A DNA stretch of 64,000 nt, taken from the NCBI RefSeq assembly GCF_001194135.2, contig NC_068983.1, forward strand, positions 138,540,926 through 138,604,925, given 5' to 3'. Under the pieces are notes generated by a model that was not told where the DNA came from, made no database searches, and was given only the letters and a program-made list of their open reading frames with translations. Both the position numbers and the translations under genes were made by a program. Positions 24,255 through 35,811 of this stretch are shown here, one piece after another (position 1 is the first letter of the stretch; every line of letters starts with the position of its first letter). This DNA is from Octopus bimaculoides (taxonomy: Eukaryota).

Positions 24255-25892
24255 AACGGGTTTGTGAATTATTGTGAATACGGTTGTGTTACTTTGTGAA
24301 AACTGTCTCTGTAAATAACTGTGATTTTTGTGGAATTATTACGGTTACGTTTCACGCGAGCCGCTGCAATTTTTCCCAGCTATGGCAAGTGGTAGTGTCT
24401 CCAGTATGGAGAGCTACGCTAAGGCCACTGCGGTGAGGAAGCCAGTGCAGCTGGAAACCAAGTTAATCAAGTTGGATATAGAGGAGGTGACCAGAAGCAG
24501 GAATTTGATAGAAGTTGAGGGAGACTCATACAAATTGTGCCCCCCCAAAAGAGACTAAAGAAGAAAAACTTCTGAGGACAGTAGTGTATCGTATACAGGC
24601 TGTCGAAACCGGTAAAATTGAAATGGTGACGGAAGAGGAAATCGAGGAGTGCCCGGGTGAAATTGTGAATGAAGCCAAGTACATCAACAGAGGAAGAAGT
24701 TCGGTACGGTAGAGGTGAGGTTCGCCACTATAGAAGAGGCAACGAAGCATGCGACCAACATTTTAAGAAGTGCAAAAATAGCATTGCTACCAGGTTATAG
24801 AGGAAGAAGAAGTGTGAAAATACGCATTCCCAGAGTTACACCAGAAATTAAGCCAGAGTGGTTGGTCGCAACAGTGCTGGCTGCATCCAAGGAGGAGCCG
24901 GAATTGGGACCAGTGGCGAAATCAAAAGTGCGCAAATGGTGGGGATTTGGACTCGAAATGTGGCTTTTTGCCACATTCGAGGACATAGAAAAAATTCCCT
25001 ACCATATAGAAGTGGAGGATGAGAGAACGTTAAATGTTGTAGTCGAGGGAAGGAAACCAAATTGCTACATATGCTTGGAAAGAGGTCATATGAAGACCAA
25101 ATGCCACCTATATGAGTTCACACAGTCACAGCAAGAGAAAGCACAAGCAGAGGAGGAAAACATTGCAGACCATACTGAGGAAATGATAGAAAGACAGAAG
25201 TGTGAAACAGAGAAAACAAAGGAGAAGAACGAAAATGGAGCTACTAATCCTAAAAAGCGAAAGAAAAATCAGTCAAAGGAACGGTCAACAGAAAACAAAA
25301 AGGAGATATAAAAGCCAGAAACTAATAATGTACAAGAAGAGGAGGAGAGAACGGATAAAGATGTCAAATATAAGGGGGTTTTGATAAAGTACGAGAATTG
25401 GGAACAGATGGAGAGAAAAGTCTAGAGGTTGGAGGAAATAATAAGAGTGAAGATGCCAGAGAAATGTGCTGAGAAATGCATTTTGATACATGAGGAAAAC
25501 TACTGGGAGTACATAAAAGAACTTGGTGAAAACATAATAACGAAACGGGTATGGTTGGTGGAGACCCCCCCCCCCTAGAACTGATTATTTGCAGTTGATA
25601 AGGACGGAAGTAACAATGGTTAATGGGGGAAAGGTAACGGGAGTGTTTGAATTGTTTGAATTACAAAACCGTTAAAATGTTTATATGACGTTAAACGTAA
25701 AAGTGAAAAACTGGATAAATGTAACCACCCAACTTTGGGGATCGAATGTATATTGCGCCTCATTTTTTCATTCTTGCATATTATCATTTTATTTTAATTA
25801 TCCCGATTTTATGTTTGTTGCGTTTTTTACTGTCTATGTTTTGTGATGTCTTAAAAATTCTTTGTATAGCCTTTATGGGTAATAAAGAAATC
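24255..25892 (+). mobile_element. L1/Tx1-like non-LTR derivative with ORF1 only (no endonuclease/RT)
   Basis: Inserted between the two SINE halves. Short 5' leader, frameshifted gag-like ORF, about 300 bp of 3' sequence ending CTTTGTATAGCCTTTATGGGTAATAAAGAAATC (AATAAA at the end). No EN or RT motifs found. The clade assignment is inferred from the single CCHC ORF1 and the 3' end style. Confidence 0.65.
24382..25578 (+). pseudogene. Gag-like ORF1 with CCHC zinc knuckle (three apparent frameshifts)
   Basis: ATG 24382 gives MASGSVSSMESYAKAT... and shifts at the C7 run into KLLRTVVYRI..., then VRFATIEEA...RGRRSVKIRIPRVTPEIKPEWLV...GRKPNCYICLERGHMKTKC (C-x2-C-x4-H-x4-C at 25063-25104). A K/E-rich tail ends VETPPP* at 25578. 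Confidence 0.8.
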
Positions 25893-26459
25893 GATATTTC
25901 GTCTGTCTTTACGTTTCGAGTTTAAATTCCGCTGAGGTCGACTTTGCCTTTCATCCTTTCTGGGTCCACAAATTAAGTACCAGTTTCGTACTGAGGTCGA
26001 TCTAATCGACTGGCCCCTTCCCTCAAAATTTCGGGCCTTGTGCCTAGAAGAGAAAAGAATATTTCACGTAAGGTATGTTAATAAGAAGTTAGAAAATGCA
26101 GGAAAAGCAGAAATATTGGACTGAAATATTGCGCTGTGCTGTGGCGGTGATAATATTTCTAATCGCAAGAGACCTTGCTTATAGGAGTTGCGAAAGATTA
26201 TAGGATACAAGCATAATGGACATTTTTGGGAACTGTTGAACTTACTGCAGAACCTGATCCATTTCTAATGAGTTAGTTGAAGCATTTGACAATCCTGGAA
26301 GTGGTACGTTGATCAGCTAACAGCTATTGGGCGTTATGTTACTTCCTGGAAACCGATAGAAAGGCTTTTAGCTTTCTCACAGACTATTTCTCACAAAGGG
26401 AAAATACTGGCTACATCTCTGTTAGAATTTCTTATCTCAAAATTTCCATTAAGATTTGA

Positions 26460-27010
26460 GGGGTCAGATGGGTGGTATGTTGTAAATACTGCATTTGAAT
26501 GCGTCAATAACATTATAGACGTAATATCTTTGCTGGTGTATATTGCAAATCTGTTACGATGTCTTTCTTTCCTGTTTGCGCAAGGCCCAGTATACTTTGG
26601 TATGTCTATCTCTCCATCAGATATATCGGTAGATAGATGAATTTTTGTAACTGATGGGCATTCATTACTTTCTTGCAGAAAGATCGCTCAAATATAGAAT
26701 TTTGCTACTATTATAGAACTGGATCCGGCCTCTGAATCTTAATAATAACATCGGTGGGATGCTTGAGGTTGGTGGCTGTGACGGCTATTCTGGATTTTAA
26801 TTATTTGTGGTGGCTGTCTGTGCGAGTGGTGCATGTCCCTGGCTTTCTGCATCTTTATGCTGCATAAAATTACCTAATAGACTTATGGATGGTTTCACAA
26901 GGGATTTAATGAATGAATGAATGCATTCTTTTCCTATTTGTGTCATTGACTTATAGAAGTCAGAGCTATCTAATGCTCCTGTAGTCAGGCTGTTGTTTGA
27001 AGCCACCTCA
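26460..27010 (-). mobile_element. CR1/L2-group LINE fragment (AP-endonuclease N-terminus plus upstream ORF1 end)
   Basis: Translation SVTKIHLSTDISDGEIDIPKYT...ANRKERHRNRFAIYTSKDITSIMLLTHSNAV resembles the APE motif LTETHL...DAEI.IP.Y...R.DR..R..GGVA.Y. Confidence 0.55.
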
Positions 27011-27639
27011 GTCCATTTCTATGGTTATAAAACACAAGCCGTTCTTCAAATGGCCGATTTCGTTTCTTTTAATAAAGTCAGCTTTTTTTGGTAACAATCA
27101 GATCAAGTGAATTTTTTGAGAGTTAAAGAAATTAGAGCAATTCAGGATGAAAGTTGCGTTTTTTTTTTAAGATAATATATTAATCTAATTAGATTTGACA
27201 AGTTTATAATTTTCGAAGAGGTTTACGATAAACGTTGGAGAGTGTTTACTTTTTACGATAATAAATTTGTTGCTTACAATTTCGTCCAGAGAGATTTACA
27301 GTGAAGAGTATTTAATTAAGATAATAAATTTGTCTAATTAGACTCATCTGGCTACTTTATTATTATTTTTTTTTGTTGATAATTTCGTTTGAAAAGATTT
27401 ACGACGTACAGTTGAAGAGTGATTGTTGTGAAATTATCAAAAGGAAATGAAATCACGAAAAAAGATAATAAAATGAGATATAAAACCCTACTTACATGAC
27501 ACTGTGTTTGAAATCCAAGTGAAATATTTCCTGTCATTTACTTTGTAAATAGATTTGGTACAATGTAACCAAGTGGTTTCACTATTGTTGGTCTCAAATT
27601 CTAGCACACGTCTAAGTATTTCGGGTGAGTCAGTAATTT

Positions 27640-27788
27640 GAGTGCTCAGCGGGTACTTAATTTGTTGACCCAGAAAGGATGAGAAGCAAAGTCGACCTCG
27701 GAAGAATTTGGATTCAGAATATAAAAGAAGGATGGAATGCTGCCAAACATTTTCCGGCGTGCTAACAGTTCTTCTAGCTCATTGTTCT
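27640..27788 (-). mobile_element. SINE family A, decayed
   Basis: GGTACTTAATTTGTTGACCCAGAAAGGATGAGAAGCAAAGTCGACCTCGG...CCGGCGTGCTAAC is the reverse complement of the family body and head. Confidence 0.8.
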
Positions 27789-28021
27789 AAAGTGGTTTCG
27801 TTAATAGTGATGCTAAAAGTTAATAAGATTTACTGAATGAGTTGTAAAATATTAGTAAATTTCACAAAATAGAATTAAATATAAAAGTATGAGTTGCTTT
27901 ATGTGTATGCCTATATGAAAACGTTCAAATATTTCTTGAAAATAAAACTTATGAAATAGTGTGCAACGCGGTAGACTTGCCAATGCCTAACTATCCTTTC
28001 TACCATATGAGCAAGGCCTAT

Positions 28022-28297
28022 GTACGCAGCCGGTACTTAATTTATCAACCCCAAAAGGATGAAAGTCAGACTCGAAATATTGCACTGTGTTGTGGCGGTG
28101 ATAATATTACTAATTGCAAGAGGCCTTGCGTATAGGAGTTGCGACCCCCGTACGCAACTGGTACTTAATTTATCAACCTCAAAAGGATGAAAGGCAAACA
28201 CGACTTCGGTGGAATTTGAACTCAGAACGTATAGACAGACGAAATACTGCTAAGCATTTTACCCTGCGTGCTAACGATTCTCCCAGCTCGCCGCCTT
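28022..28297 (-). mobile_element. SINE family A with 44-bp internal duplication flanking a 71-bp foreign insert
   Basis: Head CCAGCTCGCCGCCTT ends at 28297. GTACGCA.C.GGTACTTAATTTATCAACC.CAAAAGGATGAAAG occurs at 28022-28065 and 28150-28193. Confidence 0.85.
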
Positions 28298-28421
28298 CCA
28301 ATGTATCAATATGTCAATAAATTTCACTAAATGATGGGATGAGGTGTATTTTCTTCATCATACGTCGAATTCTAGATTGTAGAAGTTACTGTGATTTTAC
28401 GTGGCATTTAGTGAGTCAAAG

Positions 28422-28617
28422 ATGAAAGGGTGTTGAAAAGTTCCTGGTTTTGGATAAAAGAAAATACAGGAGGATCAGTTTGTTTATTAGATTTACACAC
28501 TTATTACAGCGGTCCTTCAGTTTAGCTAAGCCCTGTAAAAGAACTTGGAAATTTGGGCTTCCAACCAGGTCTTTCGCGATACCTTTAAAGTCAGAAACTT
28601 CCCTGCAGCCCCTTGTA
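28422..28617 (-). mobile_element. mariner-derived MITE (~195 bp)
   Basis: Degenerate TIRs GAAAGGGTGTTGAAAAGTTCCTGGT and TCAGAAACTTCCCTGCAGCCCCTTGTA. The internal minus frame LQGLAKLKDRCNKCVNL matches the mariner transposase C-terminus (G...L..RW.KCV). Confidence 0.65.
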
Positions 28618-28734
28618 ATATCAAACCCGAGAAGCGTGCAAATTTTCAGATTATGAAAAAAAAAACAAAAAAAAAAAAACTTCTGCATAAAATATATATC
28701 TGACTCACTGGTTCGCTTTCCATTATGGTCTTCT

Positions 28735-29546
28735 TCTTTTCGCTTGTTTTGTTTCCCTCAAGAAATAAGTTCATTTCTCTTCACTTCCTGTTTCACTTCC
28801 TCCCTTATTCCGTTTATACCGTTTTTCTATCTTCGACAGCTTAACTCTTCAGTTGTTTTCTGTTACTTTCTCCTAATCAAAAAAAACTTTTCAACATACA
28901 CATACATAAACATATATGTATCTATACATATATATATACACAGAGCGAGAGAGATTACATATGTATCTCTACACGCGAATATTATATGTCAACACATGTA
29001 CATACAAATATATTATAATCAAATAATACGCGTGGTTACCCTAGTTATAAGGGGTGATTGGCTTATGTTCATAAACTTGTGAGTGCAATTCTTAAATCAG
29101 GCGAAATGTCGGGTCCTTGTTAAAAGCATTTTCTTTCCACTTATGTGTATTTACTCAGACATAATAAATACCAGCTGGTACTGGTTCAACCGGCTCTACT
29201 CCCGACAATCTCAAAGTAAATGCTTTGCAGAGACAAGGCGAAAATGGGCCAAATTACTTTGAAAGTATCATACATGTTATCAATTCATATACGCTCGCTA
29301 GCCAATACTGACTGTACTTTAATCTTGTCCTATCTTACTAAATTGATTATAAGAGAATCACAATATTGAAATACACCAATAAATTGTTTAGATCATGTTT
29401 CCGAGTAATCTTCCTCACNNNNNNNNNNNNNNNNNNNNNNNNNNNNNNNNNNNNNNNNNNNNNNNNNNNNNNNNNNNNNNNNNNNNNNNNNNNNNNNNNN
29501 NNNNNNNNNNNNNNNNNNNNNNNNNNNNNNNNNNNNNNNNNNNNNN

Positions 29547-29588
<42 letters not shown>

Positions 29589-30227
29589 CATACATGTGTG
29601 TGTGTATGCACATGTGCATTTCTGAGTGTATCTGTGTGTATATGTACCATAAGGACATTAAATACATTTACTTGTAAAGTATTAACTAATTCCTATGTTC
29701 TATGTTACATACTTTTCTTTGTACGCTAATTGATAAATCCAAATAATTTATTCCTAATATTGCTGAATATATGAACATTTTGATTGTGAAATCATACCTA
29801 ACATTTGGGCAATCGAGGTTTAATCATACTTCATTAGTCGTATATCAAATATTTTATTACTAGATCGACATTCAAGTTATCAAGGTAATATCAGAAATAT
29901 TTTCTGATGCAGAGTTAATTAATCTACACGTACCGGTATCTCTTAAATAATTTTAGACACATATATACACACGCAATCATTCACACATACAAACATACAT
30001 TCGCACATACACCTTTCTCTCTCCCATTCTCTCTGGCTCGCTAGTTGGCTTTCTATTATCGTCTTTTTCTTTTTGCTTGCTTTGTTTCCCTCCAGAAATA
30101 CGTTCATTTCTCTTCACTTCCTGTTTCACTTCCTCTCTTATTCCATTTATTCCATTTTTTTCTATCTTCGACAGCTTAACTCTTCGGTTGTTTTCTGTTA
30201 CTTTCTCCTAATCAAAAAAACTTTTCA
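28735..30227 (+). repeat. ~155-bp direct repeat pair at 28735-28893 and 30068-30227
   Basis: GTTTCCCTC.AGAAATA.GTTCATTTCTCTTCACTTCCTGTTTCACTTCC...CTTCGACAGCTTAACTCTTC.GTTGTTTTCTGTTACTTTCTCCTAATCAAAAAAA(A)CTTTTCAA is present in both. Confidence 0.9.
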
Positions 30228-30819
30228 ATATTTATTTACCTCCTTGCCTCAACTTCCCTTATACTCTTGTCTCAGTTGTTATACTATTTATAATTTTTTG
30301 TTTGTTCCGTTCATAGTCGGAAGACAATTCATTCATTTCTCTTGTGTTTTTCTGCAAACATTTATATTGTTATCGTCTTGTCCTGTAATTTTTATCTGTG
30401 GTAGCTCCCAGCTATAGCTAGCGAACTCTACTAAATGTATTATGGTCCTCTCACAATCGTTTGAAACCATATTGGGTTTAGTCAAAGGTTGGTGAAGTAC
30501 TTGGCTATTTCATTTTACTATTGCGTGTGTAATGTCTGCTTGTCTACACTCGTTTTCTATTTTCTAGGCGAACTTCGATCGTAACACATCCCATCTCCCC
30601 ACCTTACGTTTCACTCTTGAAATTTCGTTGTTTTCTTTTCTCTTTCTTTTTGTTATCGCATTGTTCTGTACAATTTATTAAGTTTATTTTTTTATTCGAT
30701 ACCGAGCACACTTGTAAACATACATTTCATCTTTGCTAAAGAGATTCCGTCAAGAGCTGAAATATAGCGACAGTGAATTCATTATATAACTATCAAACCT
30801 ACTGGTGTCCGCTCGATGC

Positions 30820-30872
30820 CTTTCACTAGTTTCAGTCATTAGACTGCAGCCATGCTGAAGCACCATCTTGAA
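30820..30872 (-). mobile_element. SINE 3' tail module
   Basis: The reverse complement GATGGTGCTTCAGCATGGCTGCAGTCTAATGACTGAAACTAGTGAAAG matches the family B tail (e.g. 58016-58060). Confidence 0.8.
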
Positions 30873-30881
30873 AAAGTGAGA

Positions 30882-30997
30882 TGCTTACAACGATTAGGTT
30901 TCCCAAGCGGTTATCCTAATAAGTACTAGCTTCTACGTTACTTAACTTCGATGATTAGATGAGAACCAGTGCATTTACCGTGATATGGTCGTAAGAT
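30882..30997 (-). pseudogene. Decayed 5S rRNA copy (about full length)
   Basis: The reverse complement TCTTACGACCATATCACGGTAAATGCACTGGTTCTCATCTAATCATCGAAGTTAAGTAACGTAGAAGCTAGTACTTATTAGGATAACCGCTTGGGAAACCTAATCGTTGTAAGCA is colinear with metazoan 5S (CTACGACCATA...GAAGTTAAGC...TAGTACTT...GACCGCCTGGGAA...GTAGGC). It has many substitutions, so it is unlikely to be functional. Confidence 0.88.
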
Positions 30998-31583
30998 GCG
31001 TCAAGTTACTTTTTTACATGCAGTAGTAAACATATCAAATATCCAAATATTTACTCATTCAATAAATTTACCGCATATTACTTTAGAGATAACGAAGACA
31101 CATGAATTCATTTAAGCTCCATTGAAAAGTAAGCTGTGGCGATGTAATGACAACAATTACAATAAGAAACGGAACAAATCTTTGATAATCTCCAACGTTG
31201 AGCTATGCAGCTTATTTAATGTAATCCACATAACACATGTCATCTGAACCGGATTCTGTTTTACGTCGGAATCACTCCTCTGTCGAGTAAAAGTAACACA
31301 TTATATGCTACAGAATCTAAATCTTTATCTTCTTGCCTAAATATTTATTGCAGTCGTAAAGAGAGGAAGGACAGGAAAGAGTTTATAGCAACAAGAAAGT
31401 TAAACTAACAAATTTTGATGCATAGACTTATAGACACATTCCCTTGTGTGACACATACTTCAGAGATCTGTATTTTTCTCTCAGAAGCTATGGCACATAT
31501 TTACTACCTTTATACTTATGGGTCAAAAGTTAGTTTCGTGTTACTTTATATCTTATATTTTTACATATCAGAGGTCTCTCTCT

Positions 31584-31624
<41 letters not shown>

Positions 31625-32040
31625 TGTATGTGTGTGTGTGTACACTCGCTTGAACTAGATAGAGAGCATATAATTTTTTAATATGCTTATATTTTCATTA
31701 TATAACTTGGGTGCTCTAGCTAATATAACTTTCGATCGACCATGATCATAGAGATAACATTTTTTATGGTAACTAAAAATGATTTAGCGTTTTTTCTATG
31801 TATTAATAACTCTGTGTTAATAACTAATACTTTCTGCGTTTAAATTATCCTTCTGGTTGTATTACAATGGGATTTGCTGATTTTTTATTTGGTATATGGA
31901 TATATCTTTACATCGATATGCTAACTAATATATATATGTATATGTAAACTATATTCATTTGAATAGCATTGAGATTAGTTTGGCCGTTGATATTGATTGT
32001 AATGTGGTAGTTGATTAACCATTTCATATTTATTCTCTCT

Positions 32041-32258
32041 TAAGGGGCGGTGTGCTAGTAAAATTGTTACCACGCCTGACAAAATTCTTAGGGGCATTTC
32101 TTCCAAGTTTGCGTTCTGAGTTCAAATTGAGCCTGGGTCGACTTTGCTTCTCATACTTTCGGGATCAATAAAGCAATCGCCAGTTCAGCACTGGAGTCGA
32201 TGTAATTGACATGCGCCCTCCCCAACATTTGTTGGCCTTGTGTCCATATTTGAAACCA
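32041..32258 (+). mobile_element. SINE family A, full length, 15-bp TSD
   Basis: Body GTTCTGAGTTCAAATT...GGGTCGACTTTGC...GGAGTCGATGTAATTGAC; TSD ATATTTATTCTCTCT at 32026-32040 and 32259-32273. Confidence 0.88.
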
Positions 32259-32938
32259 ATATTTATTCTCTCTCATTATGCACAGCTACTCCGCCTGAAT
32301 AACATCAAATGAGAGCTCGTCTATGAAATAGATAGTTCTGGTAAAAATGACAGCCAAACACCTCACTTATTAGAATAAAAAGATAAGTTGGAGAATGTAA
32401 TCCAGATGCATTGTATGAAATAAGAAGCGATGGCACCGTTGGAAGATCTATGACCTGTCTTCATTACGATGAACTAGCTCCGAAGACAACCAAAACCATC
32501 TACATCCACTCCGTATGTATCTATATGAAGCTGTTATATCTCAAGTAGGGTATATGGCTGTGAGGGCGTATACCGGAAATGTCTACACTCATTAAGTCGT
32601 AATCTTGACGATGTTTTGATACCAAGGGACATAACTCTTAACTTAATCCCCTGTCGATTCGTTCTATCACCTTTTTCACAGCAACTACAAACCGGATGTC
32701 TTTTAATCTCCAGCAATAGAGAGCAATCGCCATATTTCATTCCTTAACGGCTACTTCTGAAGAGCGCAGTGTTACATAATCAGACTGTTACCTAAAACTC
32801 CGTGGAACACCTAGTGCGAAACAAATTGGTATCATCGGCCGTAATGGATAAATAATACTGTACATTTCGATTAATATACCCACTCTGCTGACAGATATAC
32901 GAGTGCATTTTCCCTAACTTATGGCCTCTGGACGACGT

Positions 32939-32976
<38 letters not shown>

Positions 32977-32977
32977 T

Positions 32978-33019
<42 letters not shown>

Positions 33020-34639
33020 GACTGTGTTTTGACTGGCATTCGACTGCTACGTTCATGACAGCTGAACATCTAACCATTCATTTGAACCACGAAATCACGG
33101 TTATTGTTGAGTTGAATATAAGGATGACGCGACTTTCTGACAAACAATAATAATCATGAAAGTTTAACTCCAATCCAATCCAATCCAATCCTTTTTTAAT
33201 GTTACACTACCATGACAGCACCTTGAACAAAATTACAAAGAATTTCTTCTGCAATCTGAATAGATAGAGTGACAACTTCAATCAACTCGAAGCCTTCAAT
33301 GCAACGTATGTACTTGCGTGACACATGTAAGCCTCATTCATAACAAAAATATGACTTATTTTAATCTTCTTAGGATATGTATTACCATATAACTAATTAT
33401 TTATAGAATCACTTCACGTTGAACGGATTCAAGTCAGTGTCTACTTCTCTAGCTACCTATTTGTCTAATAAGTATTTATTACAGTAAATGCCAAGTAATC
33501 AATATCAATTAGCCAACAAAACATATTTATTTGGTCATTTGATCTGTTTGATATAATAGCTACCTCATTCTTATATTCTAATGTACCATCTTAAAAACAC
33601 AAGCATACATTGTATTATATAGTTCTACAAACACTTTGCTTGAAAACAAAGATGGGATGGATAAGGTTGCAACTGTAGTTCTACTCGATAAGGAACAACT
33701 TATATGAAAGAATCACTACAAAACACCATATAGTCAGTTCATATATTCTTAACAACACTGTAAAGAATAAGTTACTAATATACACCCCAAAAGTTATTTT
33801 GATTTTGCCATATTTTGATGTAGACATTTTTCCCACCTTTGCTCTGCATAGGGAAGGTATCATCAATATACTTAAATTAACAAAACTCTCCCAGAATCTC
33901 GTCACTTACTACGACCGGGATCCTTTCAAATGACAATATACTGGCAGATATAAACTTTGTCTTGGCCGCGTTGAATTTCGTGCCAGCATGCAATTCAAAG
34001 GTTACGGTAACTTTCTACATTTGAGTAGCATTTTCTTCGTTCGATCTAAACAAAGCAATTTACTGCACAAAGCTAGTGTTATTTGATATTAACTACATTC
34101 CTAGATAACATCTTCAATTGTATAGCATAAACGGATTCCCTATGTTTATGATTGTCTTTATAAATATTATTGGTTCCTTTATATGCATAAGAGAAGCTTG
34201 CTGTTATTTCCATTTTCGCTGTCAGTATTGCTTTAAACATTGTATTGAAAACTATTAACTAAACATGAAGAATGTTTTAATGCAATATATAGAATAACAG
34301 AGATCATTGATTTATACTGCATTCATATATCACTCGTAATAAACTTGAAGTAGTGGATGTACGAAACAACATCATACTGATACCTACCTACCTACCTACC
34401 TACCTACCTACCTACATACCTACCTACCTACCTACCTACCTACATACATACATACATACATACATATGTGTGCGTGTGTGTATGATAATAAATAACGAAG
34501 GAAAGCTTCTAATAATGTGAAAAATGAACGTTGAGTAACCTTTCAGGCACAGAGGCGTATCATCAGAAGTGAGCGGTTTAAAAATGTGAGTTTATGTAGA
34601 TCCTGTCATCTTTCTAGCCGAACGGGCAGTGACCCCACT

Positions 34640-34841
34640 TTTTCAGAGGAATGAGATAGCTACAGCAGTCTCCTAAAATGTTGCTGTTGGTTGCCGTAAA
34701 TGTCCTAGTGGAGTAGTGAGGGAGCTAGTGGTAAGCTGTTTTTTCAGAGGAATGAGATAGCTACAGCAGTCTCCTAAAATGTTGCTGTTGGTTGCCGTAA
34801 ATGTCCTAGTGGAGTAGTGAGGGAGCTAGTGGTAAGCTGTT
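34640..34841 (+). repeat. Exact 101-bp tandem duplication
   Basis: 34640-34740 is identical to 34741-34841 (TTTTCAGAGGAATGAG...GGTAAGCTGTT). Confidence 0.95.
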
Positions 34842-35811
34842 CCGCGTGGATTCTAGTGCACTGGGGACCGCCCCTGCATAGACACCTGTCAACGGTGAGA
34901 CTCTAAGCAGTACAATATCTCTGAATATTAGTGAGCTATCTTATCTGCAACACGAGTAAGTGTCTCCGGACATATGTCATCTAGAAATTACAGATCTTTT
35001 CTGTTTGGCAGTAAATTTTGAAATTTTAAAGTTAATTAAACATTTTCAAATTTGGTGTATTGATGAAATTTTTCACGCTGAACCCCAGAGCTTAATTAAC
35101 TTATTCCAGAAAAATGATTTTAAAATGCTACTGAGGTTTAACTGTTGATAATTTTTACCCAGTCAGAAAATAGGATTTGGAAGCTGTCATTTTATGCGTG
35201 ACTGCAATCCTAAAACGACAAAACTATAAGGTCAACATTGCGACTAGAGCACGTGCTTTAAGGACATAATAAGCGAAAAAATGACCGAGAAAAAGAGTAA
35301 ACAGCACATATTTTAAGCATTCCAGAGACTGGTATCGAAGATACGACAAAATATTCAAAAATAGTAACAGATCCAAGTGTTCTTGAATGTGTTAACTATG
35401 ATTTCACACGAATATGTTTCATAAAGCTACTTCTTGCGACATTAGTTTATATATACATGCGTATGTTTGTGTGTGTATGTGTCTGTATGTGTGTGTGTGA
35501 CTGTGTGTATGTATGTATGGACATGCGAGTGATTGAATAGTATATGATGGATTGAATATGTCGCAATCAGCATACTCGGATGAAACTTTTAATTAGTAAA
35601 ATTTTCTCTCAGCTCCGTATCACTTTTTGTCGGCCGTTCATCAGACGAAGTGCACATATTTTACCTTTCGATATTTCAAGACAGGCATTAGAATATCCAT
35701 CCACTACGAATCGACAAGGCAAAGCAAAAGATTGAAGAAGGGAGAGTCTTGTGTTCTGCGATGTTGTCAACGTTAGGCGAGTGGAGCCAGCTAGTAATGA
35801 TAATAGTGTAG

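Larger units (their letters stand above)
24201..26057 (+). mobile_element. SINE family A split in two (24201-24254 and 25893-26057), flanked by 14-bp TSD
   Basis: The head AAGGCGGTGAGCTGGCAGAAACGTTAACACGCCGGTCGAACTGCTTAGCGGTAT resumes as (GA)TATTTCGTCTGTCTTTACG. TSD AATATTTCACGTAA at 24184-24197 and 26058-26071. Confidence 0.92.
23590..26450 (+). mobile_element. hAT (ZMYM1/Tip100-Blackjack-like) transposase remnant, interrupted at 24198-26071
   Basis: 5' part: FYTIRKNGE...VYCF*C...F.FKNGFNNWQNAEVKLKTHE (TTF-type zinc finger). 3' part: EKQKYWTEILRCAVAVIIFLIARDLAYRSC...NGHFWELLNLLAEPDPFL...NPGSG and RYVTSWKPIERLLAF...SHKGK (DUF4371-like region). Confidence 0.72.

Noticed and set aside
33909-34016. 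Minus-strand 35-codon stretch ending at GTAAGT
   Set aside because: Weak acceptor; KFNAAKTKFI resembles the end of LINE RT domains (FNxxKT), so it is more likely a TE relic than a host exon.
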